Sequence record: DRR723986_1769
Strand: one strand, 5' to 3'
Length of the DNA: 20,000 nucleotides
Below the pieces are notes generated by a model. It worked only from the letters and a program-made list of their open reading frames with translations. It searched no databases and was not told the DNA's origin. This document shows, one piece after another, positions 6,345-14,994 of this stretch (within the stretch, counting starts at the first letter, position 1; the number at the start of each line of letters is the position of its first letter). Made by a program: the position numbers and the translations under genes.

Positions 6345-7232
6345 CTAGCCCTGCATCATTTCAATAATGGCGGAGAAGTCTCGCTGGGCATTGCCGTCTT
6401 TGCCGGCAAAGCTGGCGTAGAGGCTGCGCGCCAATGCACCCATGGGCACAGCGCTTTGGGTTTTCAGGCTGTTTTCCATCGCCAGCCCAAGGTCTTTGAG
6501 CATCAGCTGGGCCATAAAGCCGGGCTGGTAGTCGTTGCTGGCTGGGGTGGCCGGCATAACGCCGGGTACCGGGTTGTAGTTTTGCAGTGACCAGTTATCG
6601 CCAGAGCTGTTCTTCATAATCTCTGACAATATGCTGGCATCCAGGCCGTTATTTAAGCCCAGCTGCAGTGCTTCGGCGGTGCCGACCATATGCACGGCCA
6701 GCAGCATGTTGTTGCACATTTTGGCGATTTGGCCAGCGCCGTGGTCACCCGCGTGGAAGATTTTTTTACCCATCCCCGCCAGGATTTTTTCTGCGCGGGC
6801 AAAGCCCGCCTCGCTGCCGCCGCACATAAAGGCGAGTGTGCCCGCCTGCGCGGCTTTTACGCCACCGGATACCGGCGCGTCTAACATATCCAGCCCTGCG
6901 GCCTCGGCCGCCGCGCCAACTTCGCGGGCAGTTTCGGCGTCGATGGTGCTGCAGTCGAGGATGAGCGTGCCTTTTTGCGCCTTGGCAATCAGGCCTGCCT
7001 CGCCAAGGTACAAACCGGCCACGTGTTTGCCAGCGGGGAGCATACTAAGAATCACTTCGGCGCCATCCATGGCCGCTTCAGCAGTGCTGGCACACTGTGC
7101 GCCCTGCTCGGCTAGCGCTTGCATGGCGGGCTGAGACAGGTCAAAAACGGTCAGGCTGTGGCCTGCCTTGAGTAGATTGGCCGCCATTGGGCCACCCATA
7201 TTTCCCAAGCCGATAAATGCAATGCTGCTCAT
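6345..7232 (-). CDS. mmsB: 3-hydroxyisobutyrate dehydrogenase
   Basis: IAFIGLGNMGGPMAANL Rossmann motif, DAPVSGG, GAGQIAKMCNNMLL and YNPVPGVM...PASNDYQPGF, plus operon context. Confidence 0.95.
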   Translation of the reverse strand: MSSIAFIGLGNMGGPMAANLLKAGHSLTVFDLSQPAMQALAEQGAQCASTAEAAMDGAEVILSMLPAGKHVAGLYLGEAGLIAKAQKGTLILDCSTIDAETAREVGAAAEAAGLDMLDAPVSGGVKAAQAGTLAFMCGGSEAGFARAEKILAGMGKKIFHAGDHGAGQIAKMCNNMLLAVHMVGTAEALQLGLNNGLDASILSEIMKNSSGDNWSLQNYNPVPGVMPATPASNDYQPGFMAQLMLKDLGLAMENSLKTQSAVPMGALARSLYASFAGKDGNAQRDFSAIIEMMQG

Positions 7233-7275
7233 GGTGTTCTCCTTATTGCGGCCCCTGGAAGGCGCGGCGGTATGG

Positions 7276-8391
7276 TTATAAATCGTGCAGTGGATGTTCT
7301 GACCAAGGGGCTTCGAAGTAAGCGCCTACTTCGGCGCTGTCTATCGCTTCGTAGCTGCAGTGGCGCCACTGGGGGTTTTTATCTTTGTCGATTAACAAGG
7401 CACGCACACCCTCGGCGAAGTCGCTGTTACGCACCACATTGGTGGACAGCACCAGCTCAGCGCGAAATACCTCGCGCAGGCTCAGGCCGTCGGCGCGGCG
7501 CAATTGCTCCAGGATTAGGCGTGCGCTCAACGGCGAACCGGCAGACAAAGTTGCCGCCGCTTTTTGCAGCCAGGGGTTGTCGCTGGATAGCTCGGTGATG
7601 GCCTTGATGGCGGCTATATCATCGCCATCGCAGAGCTGATTAATTATTGGCGCCGCAGGCTCGACGTTGGCCTCGGGAAGCGCCGCTTGTGAGGCTTCTA
7701 TATGGCTGGCCATCAGGCTGTACAGGCGCTCGTGATTGTCGCTGACATCGTCGGACCACAGCTCGCTGGCCATCGCTGCCAACACGTCGTCGCGGCGGCT
7801 GTTTTCAATAAAGCTCTCGGCCAAACCGAGGTACAGGGCGTCGCGGCCATTGAAAGACGCGCCGGTTAGCGCCAGGAAGCGCCCACAATAGCCGGGCATG
7901 CGATTAAGGAAATAACTGCCGCCCACGTCGGGATAGAGGCCGATGGTAATTTCCGGCATCGCCAGACGGGATTTTTCGGTGACAACGCGATAACTGCCCG
8001 CCGCGAAGATACCCAAGCCACCGCCCATAACAATGCCGTGCCCCCACACCACAACGGGTTTGGCGAACTGGTGCAGCGCGTAGTCGAGGCGATATTCCTG
8101 CTCGAAGAAGCGCTCGGCGTATTCGCAGGGGCCGCCCGGTGTTTCGGTTGCGGAGCGATACAGAGCCTGCACGTCGCCACCTGCACAGAAGGCTTTTTCA
8201 CCGGCAGCGGTAATAAACAAGCAGGCGATATCGCGACGGTCTCGCCACTCGGCCAGCTGCGTTAGCATGGCCTCGACCATGCCTAGGTTAAGGGAGTTCA
8301 GCGTTTTTTCTACATTGAGGGTGACAATGCCCAGCTTCTGACCGCTGGCGGTGTCGCGCTCTTCAAATAGTACGTCCTGGCTTGTGCTCAT
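7276..8391 (-). CDS. Enoyl-CoA hydratase/isomerase family protein, probable 3-hydroxyisobutyryl-CoA hydrolase
   Basis: AFCAGGDV, GIVMGGGLG, AMPEITIGLYPDVGGS and DFAEGVRALLIDKD. Start placed at the ATG at 8391, which overlaps the upstream stop (TAATG). Confidence 0.92.
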   Translation of the reverse strand: MSTSQDVLFEERDTASGQKLGIVTLNVEKTLNSLNLGMVEAMLTQLAEWRDRRDIACLFITAAGEKAFCAGGDVQALYRSATETPGGPCEYAERFFEQEYRLDYALHQFAKPVVVWGHGIVMGGGLGIFAAGSYRVVTEKSRLAMPEITIGLYPDVGGSYFLNRMPGYCGRFLALTGASFNGRDALYLGLAESFIENSRRDDVLAAMASELWSDDVSDNHERLYSLMASHIEASQAALPEANVEPAAPIINQLCDGDDIAAIKAITELSSDNPWLQKAAATLSAGSPLSARLILEQLRRADGLSLREVFRAELVLSTNVVRNSDFAEGVRALLIDKDKNPQWRHCSYEAIDSAEVGAYFEAPWSEHPLHDL

Positions 8392-9179
8392 TAGGCGTTT
8401 TTCCACTCCGGTTGCCGTTTTTCCAAGAAGGCATTCACGCCTTCTTTTTGGTCGACGGTATCAAACAGTTGCACAAAACGCTCGCGCTCCAGAATCAGCC
8501 CTTTTGGCATGACGGCATCGCGCGCTTCATGGATTAACTGTTTGCAGAAGCTGACGGCCACTGGGCTTTGCTGGGCAACAGCGCTTGCCATATTCAGCGC
8601 CGCCTGCAACGACTCGCCTCGGGGCACTAGCTCTTCAACCAAGCCGATGCGATGCGCCGTTTCGGCATTCACTCGCTCGCCACACAGAATCATGCGTTTG
8701 GCCCAGCCCGCACCCACCAGCGCGGTAAGGCGCTGAGTGCCACCCGCGCAGGGCAACAGGCCAACCTTGGCTTCGGGCAGTGCCATTTGCGCCTGCTCTT
8801 CGGCAATACGGATATCGCAAGCCAGCGCACATTCCAAACCACCGCCCATCGCAAAGCCATTAATGGCTGCAATGCTCACGCCGCGAAAATCGGCTAAGGC
8901 TTCAAACGCCTGACCAAACTTCAGGCCGATATCTTGCGCCACGGCTTTGTCGCCGCTGGCAAACATTTTCAGGTCGGCCCCGGCGGAGAAGAATTTTTCG
9001 CCGCTGCCGGTGATCACCAAGGCGTAGATATTTTTGTCGGCGTTCAGCGCGGCGATCAGCGTTTTCAGGCCACTCAGAGATTCAGCGTCCCAGGTGTTGG
9101 CGGCGGGGTTATTGATGGTTACCACGGCTGTGTGGCCCTGCACGTCAAGCTGTAATTTTTCAGTTGGACTCATGCTCAT
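8391..9179 (-). CDS. Enoyl-CoA hydratase
   Basis: FFSAGADL, AMGGGLECALACDIRIA and LPEAKVGLLPCAGGTQRL. ATGA overlap with the upstream gene. Confidence 0.95.
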   Translation of the reverse strand: MSMSPTEKLQLDVQGHTAVVTINNPAANTWDAESLSGLKTLIAALNADKNIYALVITGSGEKFFSAGADLKMFASGDKAVAQDIGLKFGQAFEALADFRGVSIAAINGFAMGGGLECALACDIRIAEEQAQMALPEAKVGLLPCAGGTQRLTALVGAGWAKRMILCGERVNAETAHRIGLVEELVPRGESLQAALNMASAVAQQSPVAVSFCKQLIHEARDAVMPKGLILERERFVQLFDTVDQKEGVNAFLEKRQPEWKNA

Positions 9180-10336
9180 TTAATCACCTCCAGTGCGCCT
9201 TCCATTAAGATTCGGCGGGCGATAATCACCCGCATAATTTCGTTGGTACCCTCCAGAATTTGATGCACGCGGCTGTCGCGCAGGTGCCGCTCCAAGGGGT
9301 ACTCACGTATATAGCCATAGCCGCCGTGCAGCTGCAGCGCGGTATTACACACGTCAAAGCCCACGTCGGTGGCAAAGCGCTTGGCCATGGCGCAGTAGCT
9401 GCTGGCCTCTGGGTGGCCGGTGTCGAGTTTAAACGCCGCCAGCCTGACCATTTGTCGCGCGGCAACAAGCTGTGTGGCCATATCGGCCAGGGTAAATTGG
9501 GTGTTTTGAAAATCGGCTATGGCCTGGCCAAATTGCTCACGTTCTTTCACGTAGGCGGTTGCCGTTTCCAGTGCGGCTTGCGCGGTGCCAATAGAGCAGG
9601 TGGCGATATTAATGCGGCCGCCGTCCAGGCCTTGCATTGCAATGCGAAAGCCCTGCCCCTCGTCGCCGAGGCGGTTGGCAGCGGGCACCCGCACATTGTC
9701 GAAGGTAACCGTGGCGGTCGGCTGACTGTTCCAGCCCATTTTTTCTTCCGGCTTACCGTAGCTGATGCCTTCACTATCGGCGGGAATAGCGAAGGCGCTA
9801 ATGCCTTTGGGGCCAGGCTCTCCGGTGCGCAGCATGGCAACCAACACGTCGGTGGCGCCAGCGCCAGAGATGAACATTTTGCTGCCATTCACAATGTAGT
9901 GCTCACCGTCGCGGCGAGCGGTGCTTCGCAGGTTGCCCGCATCGGAGCCGGCACCGGGCTCGGTAAGGCAGTACGAGGCCAGCGCCTCGCCAGTCACCAA
10001 AGCTGGGCACAGCGCTTCAACCAACTCAGGCTGGCCGTAGTGGCCGATCATGCTGGTGGCCATATTATGGATGGTTAAAAACGCCGCCGTAGAGGTGCAG
10101 CCGCGGGCCAGCTCTTCAACGATCAGGCTGGTATCCAAACGGCTCATGCCCAAGCCCCCTGCAGATTCCGGGGTATACATGCCCATGAACCCCAGCTCTC
10201 CGGCTTGACGCAGTGCGTCTTTAGGGAAGATGTGTTCGGCGTCCCACTTTGCGGCATTGGGCATGAACACGCCCTCGGCAAACTGGCGCGCGCTCAGGAC
10301 ATAGGCCTGCTGGTCGTCGTTTAATTCAAAATCCAT
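9176..10336 (-). CDS. Acyl-CoA dehydrogenase, isobutyryl-CoA dehydrogenase-like
   Basis: SYCLTEPGAGSDA, GSKMFISG, KMGWNSQPT, GLDGGRINIA, LQLHGGYGY and RVHQILEGTNEIMR. Confidence 0.93.
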   Translation of the reverse strand: MDFELNDDQQAYVLSARQFAEGVFMPNAAKWDAEHIFPKDALRQAGELGFMGMYTPESAGGLGMSRLDTSLIVEELARGCTSTAAFLTIHNMATSMIGHYGQPELVEALCPALVTGEALASYCLTEPGAGSDAGNLRSTARRDGEHYIVNGSKMFISGAGATDVLVAMLRTGEPGPKGISAFAIPADSEGISYGKPEEKMGWNSQPTATVTFDNVRVPAANRLGDEGQGFRIAMQGLDGGRINIATCSIGTAQAALETATAYVKEREQFGQAIADFQNTQFTLADMATQLVAARQMVRLAAFKLDTGHPEASSYCAMAKRFATDVGFDVCNTALQLHGGYGYIREYPLERHLRDSRVHQILEGTNEIMRVIIARRILMEGALEVIK

Positions 10337-10366
10337 AACTGCGTTACCTTAACCACAACAACTCAC

Positions 10367-11806
10367 TTATGCACCAGGCGCCAAACCCCCGGCATGCTCG
10401 GCAGCGATCGCTGAGGCAAATAGCTGCTCGTCGGCGGGAAGCTGTTTGGTTTGAGCCAACGGCCGCGACACCCAGGTAATGTTTACCAAGTCTTGCCAGC
10501 TAATATTATTGTTGGTGCCATTGCCGCCCCAACTGCCACAACCAAGCGAAAAGGTCTGGCGCATACCATTCCAAACATTACCACTATTCGACGGCGCTTG
10601 CGGCTGATTTACCATCACCCGCGAGGTAAACGTTTGCTCGGCATAGCGCTGGATATTGTCATCGCTGCGCGAGTAAATGCCGCAGCTATGCCCCTGCCCC
10701 TGATACGCCTGAATGGCATTGGTGGTGGCAATGGCCTCGTCCAGGTCGGCCACTCGATAGAAGGCCATTACCACCGACATTTTTTCCCCTGAGAAAGGAT
10801 GCTCCGGGCCCGCGCCGGTTTCCGGCACGATGAAAAACTGCTTGCCCTCAGGCAGATCGATACCTGCCATTGCTGCCAATACCGATGCCGGCTGGGCGAC
10901 AATTTTGCTGTTGATGTGGCCATCTTCCCAGATCAACGCCTGTAAGCGCTGCTTTTCTTCCCTGTTGCAAATATAGCCGCCCTCGGCCTGAAGCTTGTCG
11001 AGCAGGCTGTCGGCGATAGCCTCGAACGCCACCACCGAGTTATCGGAGGAACACGACGCTGCCAGATCCAGGGTTTTTGAAATACGAATTTTCTCCGCCG
11101 CCATCTCCAGGTCGGCGGTGTCATCAACCACAATCACCGCATTGCCCGCACCAACGCCCAGTGCAGGCGTGCCGCTGGCATAGGCCGACTTCACCATTGC
11201 CGCGCCACCGGTGGCCAGAATGCGGTCGCACTGCTTCATTAATTCGTTGGTGCTTTCCAGTGAAGGCTGCTCAATCGCGATGACCAAATCCTCGGGAGCG
11301 CCCAGCGCGGCGATGGCGGCACGCATGCGATCGCAGATCATTTTATTGGTGAGCTTGGAGCGCGGGTGCGGCGCAATAATGATGGCATTGCGCCCTTTTA
11401 CGGCAAAAATAGACTTAATCACCGGCGTCGCTTCGGGGTTAGTGCAGGGTGCCAAGGCGCCGATCACGCCGACGGGCTTGGCGATTTTAACAATATTGCG
11501 CTCGCGGTCCTCTTCGATCACACCCACGGATTTGTCGTGCAAAATATCGAACAGGGTTGCCCGCGTTTTCTTGGCGATTTTTAAATACTTGCCCTCGTAG
11601 TTACCCAACTGGGTTTCCTCTACGGTAAAGCGCGCCACGTCTTCGGCAACACCGGGTTTGGCAACCGCCCACACCATGGCGGTGATCAATTCATCAACCT
11701 GCTGCTGGCTGTAGTGCGCAATTTGCTGCTGAGCAGCGCGCGACCGCGCCATCAAACCTGCAATATAGTCGGCGGCGTTGGCCTCTGCCTGTTGGGTATT
11801 TTCCAT
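10367..11806 (-). CDS. CoA-acylating aldehyde dehydrogenase of the AdhE-N/SauS type
   Basis: KPVGVIGALAPCTNPEATP, NAIIIAPHPR, ATGG..MVKSAY, GVGAGN, SKTLDLAASCSSDNS, SGEKMS, GHSCGI and SLGCGSWGGN. Start placed at the ATG at 11806 (MENTQ). Confidence 0.9.
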   Translation of the reverse strand: MENTQQAEANAADYIAGLMARSRAAQQQIAHYSQQQVDELITAMVWAVAKPGVAEDVARFTVEETQLGNYEGKYLKIAKKTRATLFDILHDKSVGVIEEDRERNIVKIAKPVGVIGALAPCTNPEATPVIKSIFAVKGRNAIIIAPHPRSKLTNKMICDRMRAAIAALGAPEDLVIAIEQPSLESTNELMKQCDRILATGGAAMVKSAYASGTPALGVGAGNAVIVVDDTADLEMAAEKIRISKTLDLAASCSSDNSVVAFEAIADSLLDKLQAEGGYICNREEKQRLQALIWEDGHINSKIVAQPASVLAAMAGIDLPEGKQFFIVPETGAGPEHPFSGEKMSVVMAFYRVADLDEAIATTNAIQAYQGQGHSCGIYSRSDDNIQRYAEQTFTSRVMVNQPQAPSNSGNVWNGMRQTFSLGCGSWGGNGTNNNISWQDLVNITWVSRPLAQTKQLPADEQLFASAIAAEHAGGLAPGA

Positions 11807-11899
11807 GGTGTTTACCTGCTGATCTCTGTGCCCCAGCAACCGTGCATAGGACGAAATTGTTAACAGGTCGCTATAAAACCACAGCCAAGCTGGCTTCTG

Positions 11900-11934
11900 G
11901 ATTGACTATATTGGGCTATTGATGGACTATATTG
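11900..11934. promoter_or_regulatory. Tandem direct repeat, candidate AraC-family operator
   Basis: GATTGACTATATTG (11900-11913) and GATGGACTATATTG (11921-11934) are 13/14 identical with a 21-bp period, in the divergent intergenic region. Confidence 0.65.
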
Positions 11935-11969
11935 CTACGCCAAAGAACCACTCCGGCTAGGCAATAATT

Positions 11970-12860
11970 ATGAGCATCACCTCTGACTGGCCCCTTCCCC
12001 CCAATGGCGTGCGCTTCCTCACACCCCAGCGCGTCGCCCAACAATTGGCCGCCCACCCACTGAGCGAGGCCCTGTATCCACTGGCCATGGGCTACTACCC
12101 TTATGCCCACGGCCACCGTATGGAGCGGGACCAGCACGACAGTTTTCTGCTGATCTACTGCATTGATGGCAGTGGTGTTCTGCGCAGTGGCGAGCGCCAG
12201 TTCAGCATTGCCAGCGGGGATTTAATTTTGTTGCCCAAGGGCATGGCGCATCAGTACGCTGCGGACGACGACACGCCGTGGACCATTTACTGGCTACACT
12301 TTGACGGCCGATTGGCCGACGACTTTTATCGCCACAGTCAGCTACACACTCCGCATATCCATATTGGCGTTCAACCCCGCGTGGTACGCATATTTGACGG
12401 CCTGTCAGAGTTGCGACGCAGCGCCTATCAACTCGCCGAGTTTATTCAGGGCTGCCACCAGTTGCAGGCCCTGTTGAGCTACATCGCCCTGCTGGTTCGC
12501 CAGCAACCCTCACGTGGCGGCAAGCGCCTGGATTGGGAACATATTCGTGCGGTAATGCAGGAGCATATTCACGGCCAGCTGAACTTAGAGACACTCGCAG
12601 CCAGCGCCAATATGTCGAAGTATCACTTTATTAAAAAGTTTAAGGCCTGGAGCGGGCAGTCGCCGATTCAGTACTTTATTCACATGAAAATACAGCGGGC
12701 TTGTTACCTGCTGGACAGCACGGCAATGTCGGTGAAGGAAGTGGCGGCCACGCTGGGCTATGACGATATGTATTATTTTTCACGGATTTTTAAAAAAGTG
12801 CTGGGCATTGCGCCCAGCGACTACCGACGCCATCGAGGCGCTATTCCACCACGCCCTTAA
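11970..12860 (+). CDS. AraC-family transcriptional regulator, MmsR-like
   Basis: N-terminal cupin sensor (PWTIYWLHFDG) and C-terminal double HTH (LGYDDMYYFSRIFKK). Divergent from the mmsB-containing operon. Confidence 0.92.
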   Translation: MSITSDWPLPPNGVRFLTPQRVAQQLAAHPLSEALYPLAMGYYPYAHGHRMERDQHDSFLLIYCIDGSGVLRSGERQFSIASGDLILLPKGMAHQYAADDDTPWTIYWLHFDGRLADDFYRHSQLHTPHIHIGVQPRVVRIFDGLSELRRSAYQLAEFIQGCHQLQALLSYIALLVRQQPSRGGKRLDWEHIRAVMQEHIHGQLNLETLAASANMSKYHFIKKFKAWSGQSPIQYFIHMKIQRACYLLDSTAMSVKEVAATLGYDDMYYFSRIFKKVLGIAPSDYRRHRGAIPPRP

Positions 12861-13639
12861 ACCAGCAGCTCCCCGGCCAATACGGTGCGGGCACTGCCCG
12901 ATAACACGACCCGCTCGCTGTGTATGGCAATACCGACGTTGCCACCGCGCGCGGAAATTTGCCGCGCCTGGAACGTATCGCGACCGAGCTTTTGCTGCCA
13001 GTAATGCGCCAACGCGCAGTGCGCCGAACCTGTTACTGGATCCTCTTCAATACCGACAGCCGGTGCGAAGAAGCGCGATACGAAGTCATGCTGTTCGCCG
13101 CGAGCGGTAACGATTAAGCCCCTTACATTCAGGGCGGAGATAGCTGCGCTGTCAGCAGCAAAATTCTCCACCGCGCGCTGATCCGTCAGCTCCAGCAACA
13201 GGTCTTCCCCTGCCGTTGCCGCCGCTACGGCGCCAGCGGTGAGGCTGGCCGGCCAGCGGTCATAGCTACAGCTTTGCGTCACACACAGGGGAAAGTCCAT
13301 CGACATACCATCGCCACGACGCTGCACGCGCAACTCGCCGCTCAGAGTGTCAAAGCGCAAGGTTTCGGCGCCGATCTGACACTGCTCCCACAGGGCGTGC
13401 GCACAAGCCAGCGTTGCATGACCGCAGAGGGACACCTCCGCTTTCGGGGTAAACCAGCGCAGACTCCAGCATTCCCCTTGGCTGTCCAGTGGCTGAAGAA
13501 ATGCGGTTTCAGAGAGGTTAAATTCCGCAGCGATCTTTTGCAGACTTTCGTCATCGAGCTGACGGTTTTGTAAAACGACCGCGGCCGGGTTACCGGAGAA
13601 CGGCTGATCACTGAAGGCATCGACAATAAAACTTTTCAT
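12857..13639 (-). CDS. PhzF-family isomerase/epimerase
   Basis: VDAFSDQPFSGNPAAV, NLSETAF, LRWFTP..EV.LCGHATLA and EDPVTGSAHC. Start placed at the ATG at 13639. Confidence 0.93.
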   Translation of the reverse strand: MKSFIVDAFSDQPFSGNPAAVVLQNRQLDDESLQKIAAEFNLSETAFLQPLDSQGECWSLRWFTPKAEVSLCGHATLACAHALWEQCQIGAETLRFDTLSGELRVQRRGDGMSMDFPLCVTQSCSYDRWPASLTAGAVAAATAGEDLLLELTDQRAVENFAADSAAISALNVRGLIVTARGEQHDFVSRFFAPAVGIEEDPVTGSAHCALAHYWQQKLGRDTFQARQISARGGNVGIAIHSERVVLSGSARTVLAGELLV

Positions 13640-13661
13640 GTGTTGTTTTCCTTGTAGCGCA

Positions 13662-14365
13662 TTAGCCGTAAGCGCCATTGAGTATGTCTTCACAGAGTTG
13701 TGGCAACACTACACTGGCAGGGCCCTGGCGATGCTCGGCAAATTCGCTGGCGGGGCTCGCCGGCTCGATATTAACCTCAATACTGTGCGCACCGGCACGG
13801 CGCGCCTCATGAACGAAGCCAGCGGCGGGATACACCTGCCCGGAGGTGCCTATGGCAATAAATAACTGGCACTGAGACAACGCCTGCTGAATATCGTCCA
13901 TATACAGCGGCATCTCGCCAAACCATACCACGTGGGGACGCAGTGTCTGCGGCAAATTACAGCATTCACAATGCTGTGATGGCAGCAGATCCTGCCGGAT
14001 CTCAAAACACTGGCCGCTATTGGCGCAGCGCATCTTCAGCAGCTCACCGTGCATATGCAGCAGCTTATTCGAACCGGCCCGCTCGTGAAGGTTGTCGATA
14101 TTTTGGGTAACCAGTAGCAGGTCACCGGCAAAGTGTTTCTCCAACTCCGCCAGCGCAATATGAGCGGGATTGGGCGCAATATCAGCAGACAACAGCTGCT
14201 GGCGGCGACGGTTGTAAAAGTCATGGACTCGCTCGGGGTTGCCACCTCTTCAATGCGGTGCTCTTCCCAGAGGCCATCGGCCGCGCGAAAGGTCTGTATG
14301 CCCGACTCGGCGGAAATACCCGCGCCCGTTAACACAACAATGCGTGACAGGGTTTGGCTACTCAT
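13662..14365 (-). pseudogene. cobB: NAD-dependent protein deacylase (sirtuin), frameshifted
   Basis: The N-terminal part [34 protein letters not shown] (ATG 14365) is in one frame. [17 protein letters not shown]...[12 protein letters not shown]...HMHGEL...[10 protein letters not shown]...[13 protein letters not shown] is in another. The junction is at 14232-14242, and the total of 704 nt is not a multiple of 3. Confidence 0.88.
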
Positions 14366-14861
14366 ATACGACGCCCTCCAAAGGCTTCTCCATAAAGCGC
14401 GCGCTACCGTACTCCGGCCGCAGTTGGTAGTCGACGAAGCCAAAGCGTTGATAGCTGTGCCGGGCAGCGGTATTGCCCTCTAATACCTCCAGCGTCAGCT
14501 TGCAGTAACCGCGCCTCTGCGCCAGTGTTTGAATATGCGCCAGCATGGCCGAACACACGCCGCGCTGGCGCCAGGCGGGGTGCACGATAATGTCGTGGAT
14601 ATTTAACAGCGGCTTGGCTTTGAAGGTGGAAAACCCCACAAAGGCGTTGATCAGGCCAATGGCTTGCCCGCTGTCCCACGCAATGACACTGATCGCCCCC
14701 GGCTGCTCGGCCAGCGCATCACACAAACCCGACACCACTTCTGGAGCCAGCGCTTCTGCACCACCCATTGGGTCTTTGGCGTAGCATTCCATCAGCGACG
14801 CGATCGCCTCACAATCACTCTCACAGGCATAGTCCGCCAGGCGACACTGCCAGTCTTTCAT
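14358..14861 (-). CDS. GNAT-family N-acetyltransferase
   Basis: [45 protein letters not shown]. Start placed at the ATG at 14861 with a GGAG RBS. The stop overlaps the cobB start. Confidence 0.9.
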   Translation of the reverse strand: MKDWQCRLADYACESDCEAIASLMECYAKDPMGGAEALAPEVVSGLCDALAEQPGAISVIAWDSGQAIGLINAFVGFSTFKAKPLLNIHDIIVHPAWRQRGVCSAMLAHIQTLAQRRGYCKLTLEVLEGNTAARHSYQRFGFVDYQLRPEYGSARFMEKPLEGVVYE

Positions 14862-14994
14862 TTGTTTCTCCCAACTTGCCAAACGCGCTTACGGCCCGCG
14901 GCGCACCACTTACCTGGCGCGTCATATTCACACTTCTAGCGGCCGCGCGCGTTACGTATACTCTGTGTCATAAACACCAATAAAGAGAACCGTT

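Noticed and set aside
14036-14443. Separate 135-aa and 176-aa proteins at the cobB locus, or programmed frameshifting
   Set aside because: They are two halves of one cobB. Conserved residues (EGFxR) are physically missing, so recoding could not restore the protein.
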